Positions 39,543-51,500 of a stretch of DNA of 64,000 bases are shown piece after piece. Each line of letters opens with the position of its first letter. Position 1 is the first letter of the stretch. The stretch is from Perna viridis. Its lineage: Eukaryota. Both the position numbers and the translations under genes were made by a program. The notes below the pieces were generated by a model. It was not told the DNA's origin. It was given only the letters and a program-made list of their open reading frames with translations, and searched no databases. Where the stretch lies: assembly GCA_037379345.1 (NCBI GenBank), contig CM074520.1:9238001-9302000 (forward strand), read 5' to 3'.

Positions 39543-40634
39543 TAATGAAATTTCCGTTACAAATTATATGGATAGTCCAGACATTTAAAAAAGCTGCTGA
39601 TGGGGGAGTTGATAATCTGTTAATTGTCTAACTTAATTGTCTAACTACTGTCCCAGTTGGAAAATAAACTATAGAAATAGGTTGAAGATTGGTGTCATTC
39701 TACATACATGTATGTACATGTACTTGTAAACTACTATTCATGGGCTTGTGTTTCTTTTTTTTTTGACAGACTATGCGAATAGGAATACCATTTTTTTTTC
39801 AAAAGCGAACTACATGTATATGAATAGGGTATGATTACAAAATCTCACCAATACCTCTATCAATAAGTAATGGAGTGCCCCCGGTAGTAAATATTTGTTC
39901 GTAAGGTTTTCTTTTTAAACGGCAAAATGTATAAGCTAGATTATTTTTGGATTAAAATCAGAAATTTTAAAAGAACAATCCCCTCCCAATCAATTTTGTT
40001 AACTACTGCAATAACTTGCTTGATCTTAAAACATTGGCATTCAACTTCAAAAGCAGACCTTTTTTCACCCCAACCAGGGACATATATCCATGTTCATATC
40101 TGACAAAAAAGAGAGAGAGCAAATAAATGTTGGAGGTTCTTCGTTACCAGAATACAGTGATTTTTATAATAAATAATTATGTGTTGAATAAACATTTTGG
40201 ATATTTACTAATTTTGAGAGTGTTTTTCCTTCTTTTTGAAATGGACTTTTTTAGAGAAATAAAACGTGTTAAGGCTAATATTTTGTAAACTTTTTGTATT
40301 TTTGTCTTAACAATTACCATGACGTGATGTTTTCTTTATCAATGCAACGTTCTTGTCCTTCTACATCCTTATGGGTAGATTCTGGCTGTTTTCCCTTTTC
40401 TCCATTTTCAAAACTTTTCAAAATTTAGCGCCAAGTGTACTCCTGATCGGACCTTTTTATGCCTTTTCTTTCATTTCATCAAATACACTACCAGGAATTT
40501 AACTACAGATTTTTTGTACTTTTAATGCCGATATAAAATCAATACTTTCCTTTCACAAAACATTTCAGTAAGGAATTTATTTCGGTAATTTCGTGTTGTC
40601 AGATTTCCACCTCGTTAATTCATATTATAAACAA

Positions 40635-40740
40635 AACACACGTGCAAAATGGCGTAATTTGTTCAAGCGCGTAACTGAAACCGACGGAAAACGGAAACTG
40701 ACGTTCAAACTGGAAACGTCGCTGTCGCGATAGTCATCGT
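40635..40740 (+). promoter_or_regulatory. CpG-enriched putative promoter (E-box, YY1-like, ETS/IRF-like and CRE half-site motifs)
   Basis: CACGTG 40639-40644, AAAATGGCG 40646-40654, aactgaaacc 40673-40682, ggaaaacggaaact 40686-40699, TGACGT 40699-40704; candidate donors at 40865 and 40882. Confidence 0.4.
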
Positions 40741-42029
40741 AAAAACAGATAACGACAGCTTACTGCAATACAGACTACATCAGAAGAAGGAAAAAGAACA
40801 ATAATTTCCTAGAAGAACTGAAATTTGGAATTGACGCAATGTTCAATACAGATACTAATGAGACGTATGTGCATTCACCAGGTTGGGAACAATTCACATG
40901 TCCTTGATATTTATCCCCCAACCGCAGTTTTGGTTGGTACTACCTCTTGGTATATGGTGTTTTTTACTCAAATTAAAAGAAAAGTTTCTTAATACAAGTG
41001 TATTGAATAATTATTAACCGTTGGAATATTTCTGTAATTTTGAGTAACTTTTCACTTTCGAAACAGGGGTTGGGAAAAAAATGACAAATTTTACCATTTT
41101 GGAGTCGAAATAGGGGAGGTAAATTCAAAATTTTGGGAATATTACATGATTTTGAAATGAGCTTCTTTAGTGAAAGGTACTTTTTACAGCATCCTGCTGA
41201 ATGTTAGAAAAAATCCATGTTTTTTGTTGTTTGCCGAGGAAGCATATGAATAAGTCCACATAATCATGACGTTCACCGAGTCATTTATTAATATAACCAA
41301 GCAAAATAAAAAAATCTTCTAAGATGGCAAACTACAATACATGTATTTCATATTCTCTAACTTTTTAGATACAAAATTACATACATTTACATGCATACAT
41401 TGTATGTAAAAAATGAACTTTCTCAGAAAAGATATTGCAAAAGCATTAAGTTGATATTTCTTTTATTACTTTTATCTTAACTATTTTTTATTTTAAAAAC
41501 TCACCATATGTGCGGGAAAATCTGATTGCAGGACTTGTTCTCAACCATTCATTTAATTGAGGGGGTACTCAATAGGGACAGAGGTGTGTGGATGTGATGG
41601 AGAATGGCGCGGTGCCCACTCAATTTTGCTCTAGCAAGAACATCGTAGTTCCTGTTCAAAGTATATGTTTTTGCCTCATTTTTATATCGCAATATACACG
41701 TACATACATGTATAAACCATGTGCATATATTGTTAAATAACACGTGAAAATTAGGACGGTTTAAGGCTTAGTTATGTATATATTATTCAGGGTGAAATCT
41801 GTAATTTGTTTTTACAGTAGAAGATTTTTCTGTTACGAAGCTTAGGACCCAATAAATTTTGATAGGTATTGGGTTTTTTCATCTAAATAAATGTTTTTAA
41901 CTTTTTTTTCCACATTTTCACAGAAGGCAAAATTTTCTGTTTCAGATTAATGCTCTAATGGTTTATAGTTCTTAAAGAGTCATGTATTGTGCTGTTAGGT
42001 GTAAAGTATTAAAGTAATGTGTTTATGAG

Positions 42030-42170
42030 AGAGTAATCAAGAGAACCAAGGTTATAGCTGTAATCAAAAGAATGCAATCCAGGGACAAAGACCAGACATG
42101 GAAAACCGACATACACAATAAAGAACACAACGTAATTAAAATCATACACACAAAGCAACAAAAGCAAATG
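42030..42170 (-). mobile_element. Naiad-type PLE 3' fragment
   Basis: agagtaatcaagagaaccaaggttatagc...; matches the family 3' end. Confidence 0.75.
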
Positions 42171-43419
42171 AAAGCAGAATGCACTTTTTTATGGACGAGC
42201 TAAGTCAGGGTCGAAATTGCCTCCCTATACTTACATGTAACGTTGCCTTCCTCTGTCTCTGACTGAACTGCTTTGCTTTTTATTAACTACTTATTTATTT
42301 GCAATTTTGTGGATACTTAAACTTAAGCTGAATGTCAAGCTTATTTTCCTTTAAGGTAGAGACAAGTCTTTTACCATTAATGTCCTTTATTACCCTTGAT
42401 TCAAACATTAAGGCAAGGAATGATCTGTGAGAATATGAAAATTCACTGAGTGCAATTTGTGTGTGAATTGAGGCATGATTTTCTCTTGAAACAATATTAA
42501 TATTGTTTCAAGGAACAGTTATGTTTTCAATAGGAAAAAACTGCAAGAACTGCCACTGGAATTTCTCAAGTTCTCAACCAACTAAAAATATCCAAGTATA
42601 GCTTCAGTATAAAATGATTTGTCATATGTACATTGTACATACACTACTCATATGCACTTTGAATGTTAAACCATGAATTGGTTAATTACATAATTACATG
42701 CTATAGCCACATGAGTTCTTCTGATCTTTGTGGTAGGGACATCTTCTTCCACACAAATGATCCAAAGATCCAAAGTAAACTTCATACATGTACATGTAAA
42801 AAGTATGGTATAGCAAATAGTTCAAGTTTCTTTGTGTCAAATTACATTATATGACCCGGTTGATCGCCCCAAAAAACTCACCTGCGCTTCTGTCCATGTA
42901 ATTATTTTAGGCTACCAACCGGTCCATATTATTGCCATATCATATGACCCTAAGCATCATAAACTATTTGCTAATTAGACTTTTAATATGAATTATCTCC
43001 TAAGACCAGACAAATTGTAATTGTACAAAATGTACTTTAATAATAACAAAAATTAAAATTTGTTGTCTCTTTGGAGGTGTATCGATATCCCATATTACAG
43101 AGTATGCATGACTCATGCAAAAACTACCACTTGAATAGTGTGCAATACTCAATTGATACATTTGTAAGTAACCCCTTTCTCTATTTCCCACAACTTAAAT
43201 GAATTTTCACAGTCTTCTACACAATCAGTGAAGAATATAATGTGATTTAATTTAGCCTTTCTGTGGCCATGATGTCAACTAGATGCAGATTTCCAGGATG
43301 ACCATGTCTCTACCAGGAGATTTGACTGATAATGATTGTCCAAAAAGTGAAATGTAAGACTTACTTTTGAAATTAAAGCAAATAAAGGTAGAACAAAGTG
43401 CCTTTTACTAAAAATAGAA

Positions 43420-43781
43420 CATAGGGATCAGATGTTTTTCACATGTATCTCCAAAAGCGTTAGGCTTAGGAAACTTCTGTCGAAATGATCCTTATTATAA
43501 TGCTTACAAAAGTCTGCAGGGATAAGAGTGATTGGACGACTCCTTGTGAGAGTTATTGCCCTTGAAAGATGAAAATGATATATTTTTAGTTTTCAGTCAA
43601 TATCTTGAAAACTATAATAGATAAAAATAAATATTCAACTGCTGACATGATCCTAATGATAAGACCTACAAAAGTTTTCGTAGAGTCAAAATTGACGGAC
43701 AACTCCTTGTTAGCGTTATTCCCATTGGAAGGCAAACATTTAAGCAAGTGGGCGATTCAGGCTCCTGGGAGCCTCTTGTTT
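43420..43781 (+). mobile_element. Helentron/HINE-like 3' end (related end at 38497-38528)
   Basis: gagttattgcccttg repeats and terminal hairpin gtgggcgattcaggctcctgggagcctcttgtt. Confidence 0.5.
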
Positions 43782-43929
43782 CTTACACCATCACAAGAAA
43801 TGTTTGCAGTTATATTGTATTACCCTCAGTGTCCTTATTGTTGTTGCATGTCCTTCAATTTTTTATTTTTTTAGGATACAATTTTAGTTAAATTTATTAC
43901 ATTTTAGAAAAAATGTGTTCTAATGTTCG

Positions 43930-44182
43930 TCTTTTGTCTACCCTGGACTTCACTTTTTTATTGGCAAATCAGTGGGTGATTCGAGAAAAGCAGTGGGCTC
44001 TTACCCTATCTGTGCACCTGGTCCATCCTTTTAAGTGGAGTCCGAGTTGCTTATTTACTTTTGTTGCTTTGTACATATTATTTTGGTTGTTTTATTTGTT
44101 GTGTGGTTCTGTTTCCCATGACTGGTCTTTATCCATGGATTATATTCTTTTGCTAGAATCTTGGTTCCCTTGATTACTCTTT
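43930..44182 (+). mobile_element. Naiad-type PLE 3' fragment (diverged)
   Basis: cttaccctat.tgtgcacctggtccat...ggagtccgagttgct...cccttgattactct. Confidence 0.7.
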
Positions 44183-44679
44183 CCTATAGACACAAAGGAA
44201 GGCCTTTCAGTTTTGAAGAATTTTGCACCACCCTCTTTGAAAAAGGGGCTATAAGAGGGAAAATAAGTTACTGTAAATCCTATTTTATTATTTTGTTGTC
44301 AGTGTGTTCCTTTTTGAATTTTATTTTACCACTGCCACAATTTGCACTGGTATAATGTTATGACGTAGTTTTCCTCAAATGTACAGGATTTAATAGGATG
44401 TGAGATGTATAAGTCCCATTAGGGTCAATGTCTAGTTATGTTTTATAAGTAATAATATATTTTATATGTTCTGCATGGTATATGTTACTGTACAATTGTG
44501 CTAATAATGTGAAGCATTTATTATATTATAAACTTATTTTTTAACTTTTAGGTTGGTTATAAAGCCCACATTGTGAACACAAGGAATGAAACTTGAGAGC
44601 AATATTGAAGAAACTATATTATAATCAAGATAAAAGATTTGAGGAAACAATTTTCATACATGTATGCCTGTCAATTAGA

Positions 44680-45990
44680 GATGGGTATTATGGTACATAC
44701 ACATATATTCATCCATCTGTCTGTGTTAACATGTAATATGTTAATCCTTTGAATAGTAAACCTTATTTGTATACTTTATAAAATTATTTGTTATCGTGGT
44801 TTTATGGTCTGTATACTTTTTAGAGAAAATTCTAGTTTTAGTTTCTAAGTTATGAGACTCTTCTAAAAAAAGGTGGAGGGTCAAGATTTTACAGTATTTT
44901 GGAAAATGCATCCTGAATTTACTTCAAACTGTGCAAAGTCATTTCTACAACTGTATTAGGGAATACATTTTTGTAAAACTAAGTCTTTTTTTTGTTCCCT
45001 GCTGCTACATGGAAGAACATACATGTATTGAAATGCCATCACATTTGACTTTGTGGAGGGATTTTGTTTTAATTATGTAGGATTGTTAGTCACTATATGT
45101 AATTGATCACATTGGACAATCATTTTGATTAAACAAGTTTTACAGGAGTTTTTGGACTTTGTTGAATTGTACATGCTACATTATAGAACGCTTTGATGAC
45201 TTCCCAGAGACGGCTGTACAGATTTTGTTCAAATTATATCGGATTGTTAGTCATCATTTTTAATGTACATGTATATTATTATTGTGTAATGTTTTCGTAT
45301 TGGTTCAATATGTCCGCCCGTGGACCAATAATTCAGCCAATGTGGAAAACCTTAATCCAATTATACCTTTATTGACTTACAAGTCCAAAACATCATATTG
45401 GCTTATGGAAATATGGATTTTTACCTTGCCATTATGACGTTTTAGACGTCTAAATCCCATATTTGCACACTTTTGTTCTTTGTATTGTATAGGCAGTTCT
45501 GATCATATTTAGGCAAATATTTGAACATCAGTCAATAATTGATCATATTGGGCTGCAAGTTTAATTTGATCAATATTACAGGAGTTATGGGACTTTGTTA
45601 AAATTGTACATGCTACATTATAGGAGCACTTGAGTGGATGCATTGTCTCGGACACAGCTGTATAGATTTTGTTCAAATTTTATTGCATTGGTTGTAATAT
45701 TTCGTATATCATATTTGGCCACCAATTTGGTTTGACAAATTTTACAGGAGTTATGGGACTTTCTTTAAACTGTACATGCTACACTATAGGTACACTTTGT
45801 TGATGCAACTCCTCGAAAGACAGCTGTACAGGTTTTGTTCAAATTTTATCGGATTGTTAGTCACCATAATTCGTTGATCATATTTGTACGAATTGTGATT
45901 TGAGTAATTTTACATGAGTGATGGGACGTATGATCTTAAACTGTTTTTTGGTGAGGAGGGACCTGTGGCTTTGTGAAGCAATCTTATTTT
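44680..45990 (+). mobile_element. Helentron/HINE-like non-autonomous element with internal ~165-bp tandem repeats
   Basis: gggtattatggt plus ccatctgtctgt near the start; repeated ttacaggagttatgggactttg...tgtacatgctaca...cagctgtacagattttgttcaaatt at ~45140, 45576 and 45742, with a partial at 45910. Confidence 0.5.
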
Positions 45991-47561
45991 TTTTTAATAA
46001 TTGAAAGGTTTACATGACCACTAAAATAGATCTTACTTCCCAACTGTTTAGGAATTAGGGTACAAAAATTGCTACAAATTCAAGCATTTAATATAATTTT
46101 ACTACATAACTTTAATGGAAACATATGGATGTCTGATGCTGTACCACAATATTTTATTCCTGGGTTAAGACTTTAAACATTTAGGAATGAAGCAACACAA
46201 ATAGACAGGAAGCAAGCATTTGCCAGAAATTCAGACACTAAACTTATCATAAATAAATAAATCTCTTTGAAATTGTACCACTAAGTGCCAGACCCCAAAA
46301 TTTTTTATTGCTATCATTTTTATCTTATTTTATTATCTTTTTTTTTGAAGTTTTGTTCTTATTGTATTACCCTATTATAATATGTTTAAGTTCTTTTACC
46401 ATTGTCTTTTTCTACTAACAATTTTATGTTATATATCAACATTTAAATTTATTGTATCAAGTTTAAATGTTGTGTACTTAAATACCTAAAGTGTTCTGAA
46501 ATTGACCTAGGCAAATCCTTTTTATGAGATCGCAAAAAAAAGGTGATCATATAATGGTATGCTGTTGTCATTGTTTATAGATCCTTAATCTCCGGACAAT
46601 AATTTGAGTATAAGTGTATATGTTTATGAAATTATACTACAAGATGACATACCTTTAAGGTAGTCTGGGATTGGTTTTGGGATAGTGTCTTGAACTGTTC
46701 AGGAAAAAGCTATCAGAAACAAGCATTTTTATGATTTCTTGGGAAAAAAAAATGAGCAAATATGAATGAATCTCTTTGAAATTGTACCACAAGGTGTCAT
46801 ACCACAATAGGAATCTAGAATTGATTTTGGGGGTTGTGCTCATTGTGGAATAAGGGAGCCACTTTGATTCTAGTCAAATTAATTTCTGTATCACAATTAA
46901 AATTCAGATACTTGTTTTGTTTGAAGCTGTGCGCAGTTTTGGCAGATTTTCAGTTGTTTACTTCCATATGGAGATGGGTGTTACGTGTTCAGGGCACAGC
47001 TGTTTATATTTCCACTCATTAAAGTCGTTCTAAACCCTTTCCAGTTATTATTGATGTATATGAAACAATTAATTTATATGTTAAAAATTGATGCTTTTTA
47101 GAAGTAAAAAAAAAATCATTAATTTAGATGTGTTATTCCTGCAGTGAATAAAAATTTGCAACATAGGAAACCATCAAGAGTTGTTGCACAACACATATTA
47201 TGCTTGTAATTTTATTTGTACATGTACCAAATTTCATAATGATGTGTTCATATTCGAACTAATGAAAACTCGCCCTGAAATCCAATTTACATAATCTAAA
47301 AAGCATTTAACCAGAAATTAAATGTAAAATCAATCTAGCAATGGAAGGAAACCAGACGAAAATTTCTCAAAAACGAATCTTAAAAAGATGCTTGGAGTTT
47401 TGGCCGAATAAAACTGTAAATTGGAGTAGGGCAAGAAACCTTAAAAGATAGAGACAACAATACACATGTTCAAGGAAAACATATTCATGAGAGGTGAAAA
47501 AAAATCAGAAAATATTATAGTTTTCTTTGAAATAATAAAAGGAACGACCGAAAACCACAGC

Positions 47562-47692
47562 ACTGAAAAATGACTGAAATTTACAGTACTGAGAATGGAC
47601 TGAAATTTCCAGTACTGAAAAATGACTAAAATTCAAAGTACTGAAAAATGAATGAAATTCATAGTACTGTAAAAAGGAATAAATGCAAGTAT
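47562..47692 (+). repeat. 26-bp minisatellite, ~5 diverging copies
   Basis: Unit actgaaaaatgactgaaatttacagt. Confidence 0.7.
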
Positions 47693-48082
47693 TAAAATTA
47701 CCGAAAGAAATTCCTTACTGAAATGTTTTGTGAAAGGAAAGTACTGATTTTATATCGGCATTAAAAGTACATGAAATCTGTAGTTTAATTACTGGTAGTG
47801 TATGGAACATATCGGGAGTCCATATGTGTTACTACCCTTGATAATTCTAAAAAACTTCCGGGCACTGAAACATTTTCTACGCATTGGAATTTTAAAAGTT
47901 TATATTCTGACTATAAAAACACTGTCGTGCCGAAATAAGTATTTGCGAGAAGGAAAACACGATAAGAAACGAACGGTTTGTCGATACCGACTGAAAGAAA
48001 ATTCTCAGAGAAAAACGAAGCGGAGTTACCGTTCGTTAAAAAATGTCCTATTTTTAAAATTCATATAGTTTCTAGCCTTATT

Positions 48083-48555
48083 AGATTTGTTTGTTTGTTG
48101 GGGTTTAACGTCAGAGCAGCACTATTTCAGCTATATTCAGACGATGAACATGAAATGGATGATAAAATGAACATGAACGGATGATGCAATGAAAAAAAGG
48201 ATTGGACACAAGGATAAAAGGGTCGACAAATTTTGATTGCCACTCGAAAAAGGGGGATGGGTAAGGTCGGGCAATTTAGCCTCCTGTGGCGGAGTGCAAA
48301 GGTTCCTACTCCTATCGAATACCACAGCAGGGTTCTTTAACATGCAAGGAATATGACATCTTTCCTAACACGCTGCACCACTATGGTTTGCGGTCAGGTT
48401 TTCCGTATTATAGCCTGATAACTCCAGCATATAACATGCCAGGGGTACCCCATTCCACCACCTGGGGCACACATCCCAGTTTCTCTGTGGGTAGAGCGCC
48501 TAGCCCCAGGCTAGGTTTCTTAGCACTATTTAGTCGCCTTTTACGACTAGCTTAG
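48083..48555. repeat. GC-richer SINE/LINE-like interspersed repeat (composite)
   Basis: (gttt)n tail followed by tttaacgtc...tatttcagctatatt; ttctttaac.tgcaa; ends ttagtcgccttttacgac (RTE-like 3' motif). Family not resolved. Confidence 0.4.
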
Positions 48556-50892
48556 CGCTGCTGCACGCCTTGTCAGAGGAGTATATATATGAAAAACTAG
48601 GCATAGTATAAACAGCATTAAATAGCAAGCGGACATGTCAGAGAGCACACATAATAATCAAATCTGGAAACAAAATGATTTAATGATACTTTTAAGATAC
48701 AAAAAAAAATCGAACAAGTATGTAAGAATTGCTATTCTTGAAGTTGAATGCTTTGTGGATGTTTTTTTCTTTTATAGGGGTTTTCATTTTATCGTGAGAT
48801 AAGTGATGTTTTATTTGTTGACTTATTTCATTATAATGTGTAAAATAATGGAGAATGACGTCCCTGTTATATTAGGTATTTGAACTGATGCTAGCTAGAT
48901 ACTTGAGTTTGCTATCCTTAATGTTGATTACAGGAGTTTTCAAATTGATCAATCGTTTGAATGGACAACTAACTAATCATTTTGTTTTGTTACAGTCAAC
49001 TTTATTCTGATGAAGCTATCCAGCTTAATAATGCATTACAGGATATAGTTCATGGGCTGGGAGGCTCCACCGTGCTACCCCTCCATTCATCAACTTCATG
49101 GTGAATTTAAGGTTCCTTTATACCTCCAATTACCGAATCAATTTGTCGCAAAGAAAATTTCTGAATCTTTTTCAGTATAAGGCTATATTTGTACCCACTG
49201 TGTCAAAAAAGCCAAGGTTGTTGTGATTAAATTGTTCAAGCGTCACAACTTTGCTGGTATAGCATGTGTGAACGAACTTTACCAATTAAGATTTCATCAT
49301 GTAGCCCTCAGCCTTACAATGGCACCATAAACATTGCGGTAACACTACGAATTTTGGGGTAAAACGAAAATAAAATGTACCCCCACCCCGCCAAAATCTC
49401 GCTTAAATTAACATATTTTTCAATGTTAAAACCCCTAGAGTATGTATGTTTCAGTAATACTTATTTAGTATTTTCTGTTTATTGTTATCACAATTTATGA
49501 GTCGTGGGTTCCTTTGATGAATTTCGGCGATTTTCGTAGTCAGAATTTATCAAAAGTACAAAAAATGGATTTTCCGTAAAAAGTCACATAAATTAGACTC
49601 TACAAGTTATTGCTCAGCTAAAACATTCTAAAATTGGTATCATTCGATAGATAATTTAGTTTTCAAAGTAGTCAAGCATTACCTTTACCGTAAAAAATCG
49701 CTTTATGAATCAATAAACATTCACATTTTTTCAACCGATACGAGGAACTTAGATACAGATAAACTTGTAAACGATTAATACGTACGAGTATCGAACACTC
49801 TATACTTATGTCAATATTCTTCACAAAGAACTGAAAGCTCAATACTCACCCAATAAGTCGACTAAACTGTTTAATAGGTTTATCCGTAAGGGATAAAATT
49901 ACGATAATGTCCAACCATTAAAGATAGCCTTTTTTGAACTATGGAATTGGTATTAACATTGACTCACTCAAAGGGTCGCGACATAAAAACGAACACAATA
50001 CATTTACAGTTCTCTTCATGATATGGGTTTTGTCCGTATTGTAGGACTTACGATGTACCGTGGTTCTCAACCCTGCATGGGAAGAATTAGGATTGATCCT
50101 AAATCCAATAATGTAGGTTTAAACTAGCCTAACTGACGCTTGAATGTCAGTTATCTGCTAGTATTCCTTTGTTTGTGCATCTGTGTAATGCAAAATCAAG
50201 GGACCCAGACCTTTTCAACTGATTTTATGTATGTTTACTTATGTAATATTTTTATCACAGTAACGAGTTTTTGAAAGACAGGTTTGTGATCACACCAAAC
50301 TACTTTAACCCCGCTGCATTTGGTGCGCCTATTTCAAGTCAGGAATTTTTGGTCTCTGTATTGTTTCGTGTTCACTTTCAATTTAGTTTATGTTGCTGGA
50401 GTATATAGAGGCAAATATTTCACTGCGCCTGTGGAAAATGTTGTTTCTTGGCCATCTGCACCCGCCAAATGGCAGCAATTCCTCGTCGTTCATTGAAGAC
50501 CTTTGGTGGCCTTGAGAAGATGTTTTTCATCACGGTGGGTTTGATGTTTTTTGGGCATATTCACAATATATACATTCTTCTTATATTTTAACTGAAAGTG
50601 CATTCATCGATTAAATAATCATAATTAATTATTGATACAGGACAATAACAAACTTTGCTAAATGTCTAGCTATTGTCAGATGTATACCATCAATGCCAGA
50701 ATTACTTTATGTTTCAATTGAACTTCATTTTGGTTATGCAAAAATGCTAAATTATTTACAGTAAACTATACTTTTGTATCCCCGTTTAAATTTGATTGCC
50801 ACTCTCGTATGACCTTTTTGGTTTGTTTACGTACAATATTAAATCTAACTTTCGTTTCAAGTAGGAAGTAAAATAGATCGAATGTGAAGAAC

Positions 50893-51500
50893 ATGGATAA
50901 TTGTGACATTTGCGATTCGGAGTCGGATTTCAAATGCTGTGATCATTGTAAATGTAAATGTTGTGAACAATGTTTTCCTCAACATCAAAATAATGGTGCA
51001 TGCAAATTGATTCAGACGTACATTGCCGCTGACAGTTGCAGAATGACGTGTCATTCACAATGTCGAAAAAGGTTGATATCGTTTTGTGCAACATGCAATT
51101 ACCTTGTTTGTAAAAAATGTAAAGTCGATCATAGTACTCATAATGTAATGGATATCAAAGAAGCAAGTGAAGAAATAAAGATCAACACTTTAGATGGCGT
51201 CCTGAAAGAAATCGCATGTAAAATATCAGAGTGTAATAAGTATTACAACTACAACACTAAAATAATATCAATCACTACAGAAACGTCCGTTTCAACAACT
51301 ATTCCAATATCACGAAATCTAGGTGAATTACCAAAGGGAGTATCTTATTACTGTAAGATGTTTACATCCATCAGAAATAATATTGAAACATTAAAGACCA
51401 TAGCATCAAACAGAACGTTTCTTGCAATCTGGGAAAACGCGTTCGAAGATGTGAAAAGAAATATCAATTCTTATGAAAAATGCAAAGTTCAAAGAGATGG
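50893..51500 (+). CDS. First coding exon: two B-box-type Cys/His clusters plus helical region
   Basis: 206-aa ORF in the track; ATG at 50893 preceded by in-frame TAA at 50869; GG|gtaagt donor. Confidence 0.8.

Noticed and set aside
39339-39631. ORFs spanning the N run
   Set aside because: Artefacts of the assembly gap.
47562-47692. CRISPR-like array
   Set aside because: Head-to-tail repeats without unique spacers, eukaryotic context, and no cas genes.
48996-49100. Open phase 2-2 exon-like segment (QLYSDEAIQLNNALQDIVHG...) as an upstream coding exon of the B-box gene
   Set aside because: Splicing to the available acceptors meets a stop (TAA at 50869, or TG|A) before ATG 50893; at most a UTR exon.
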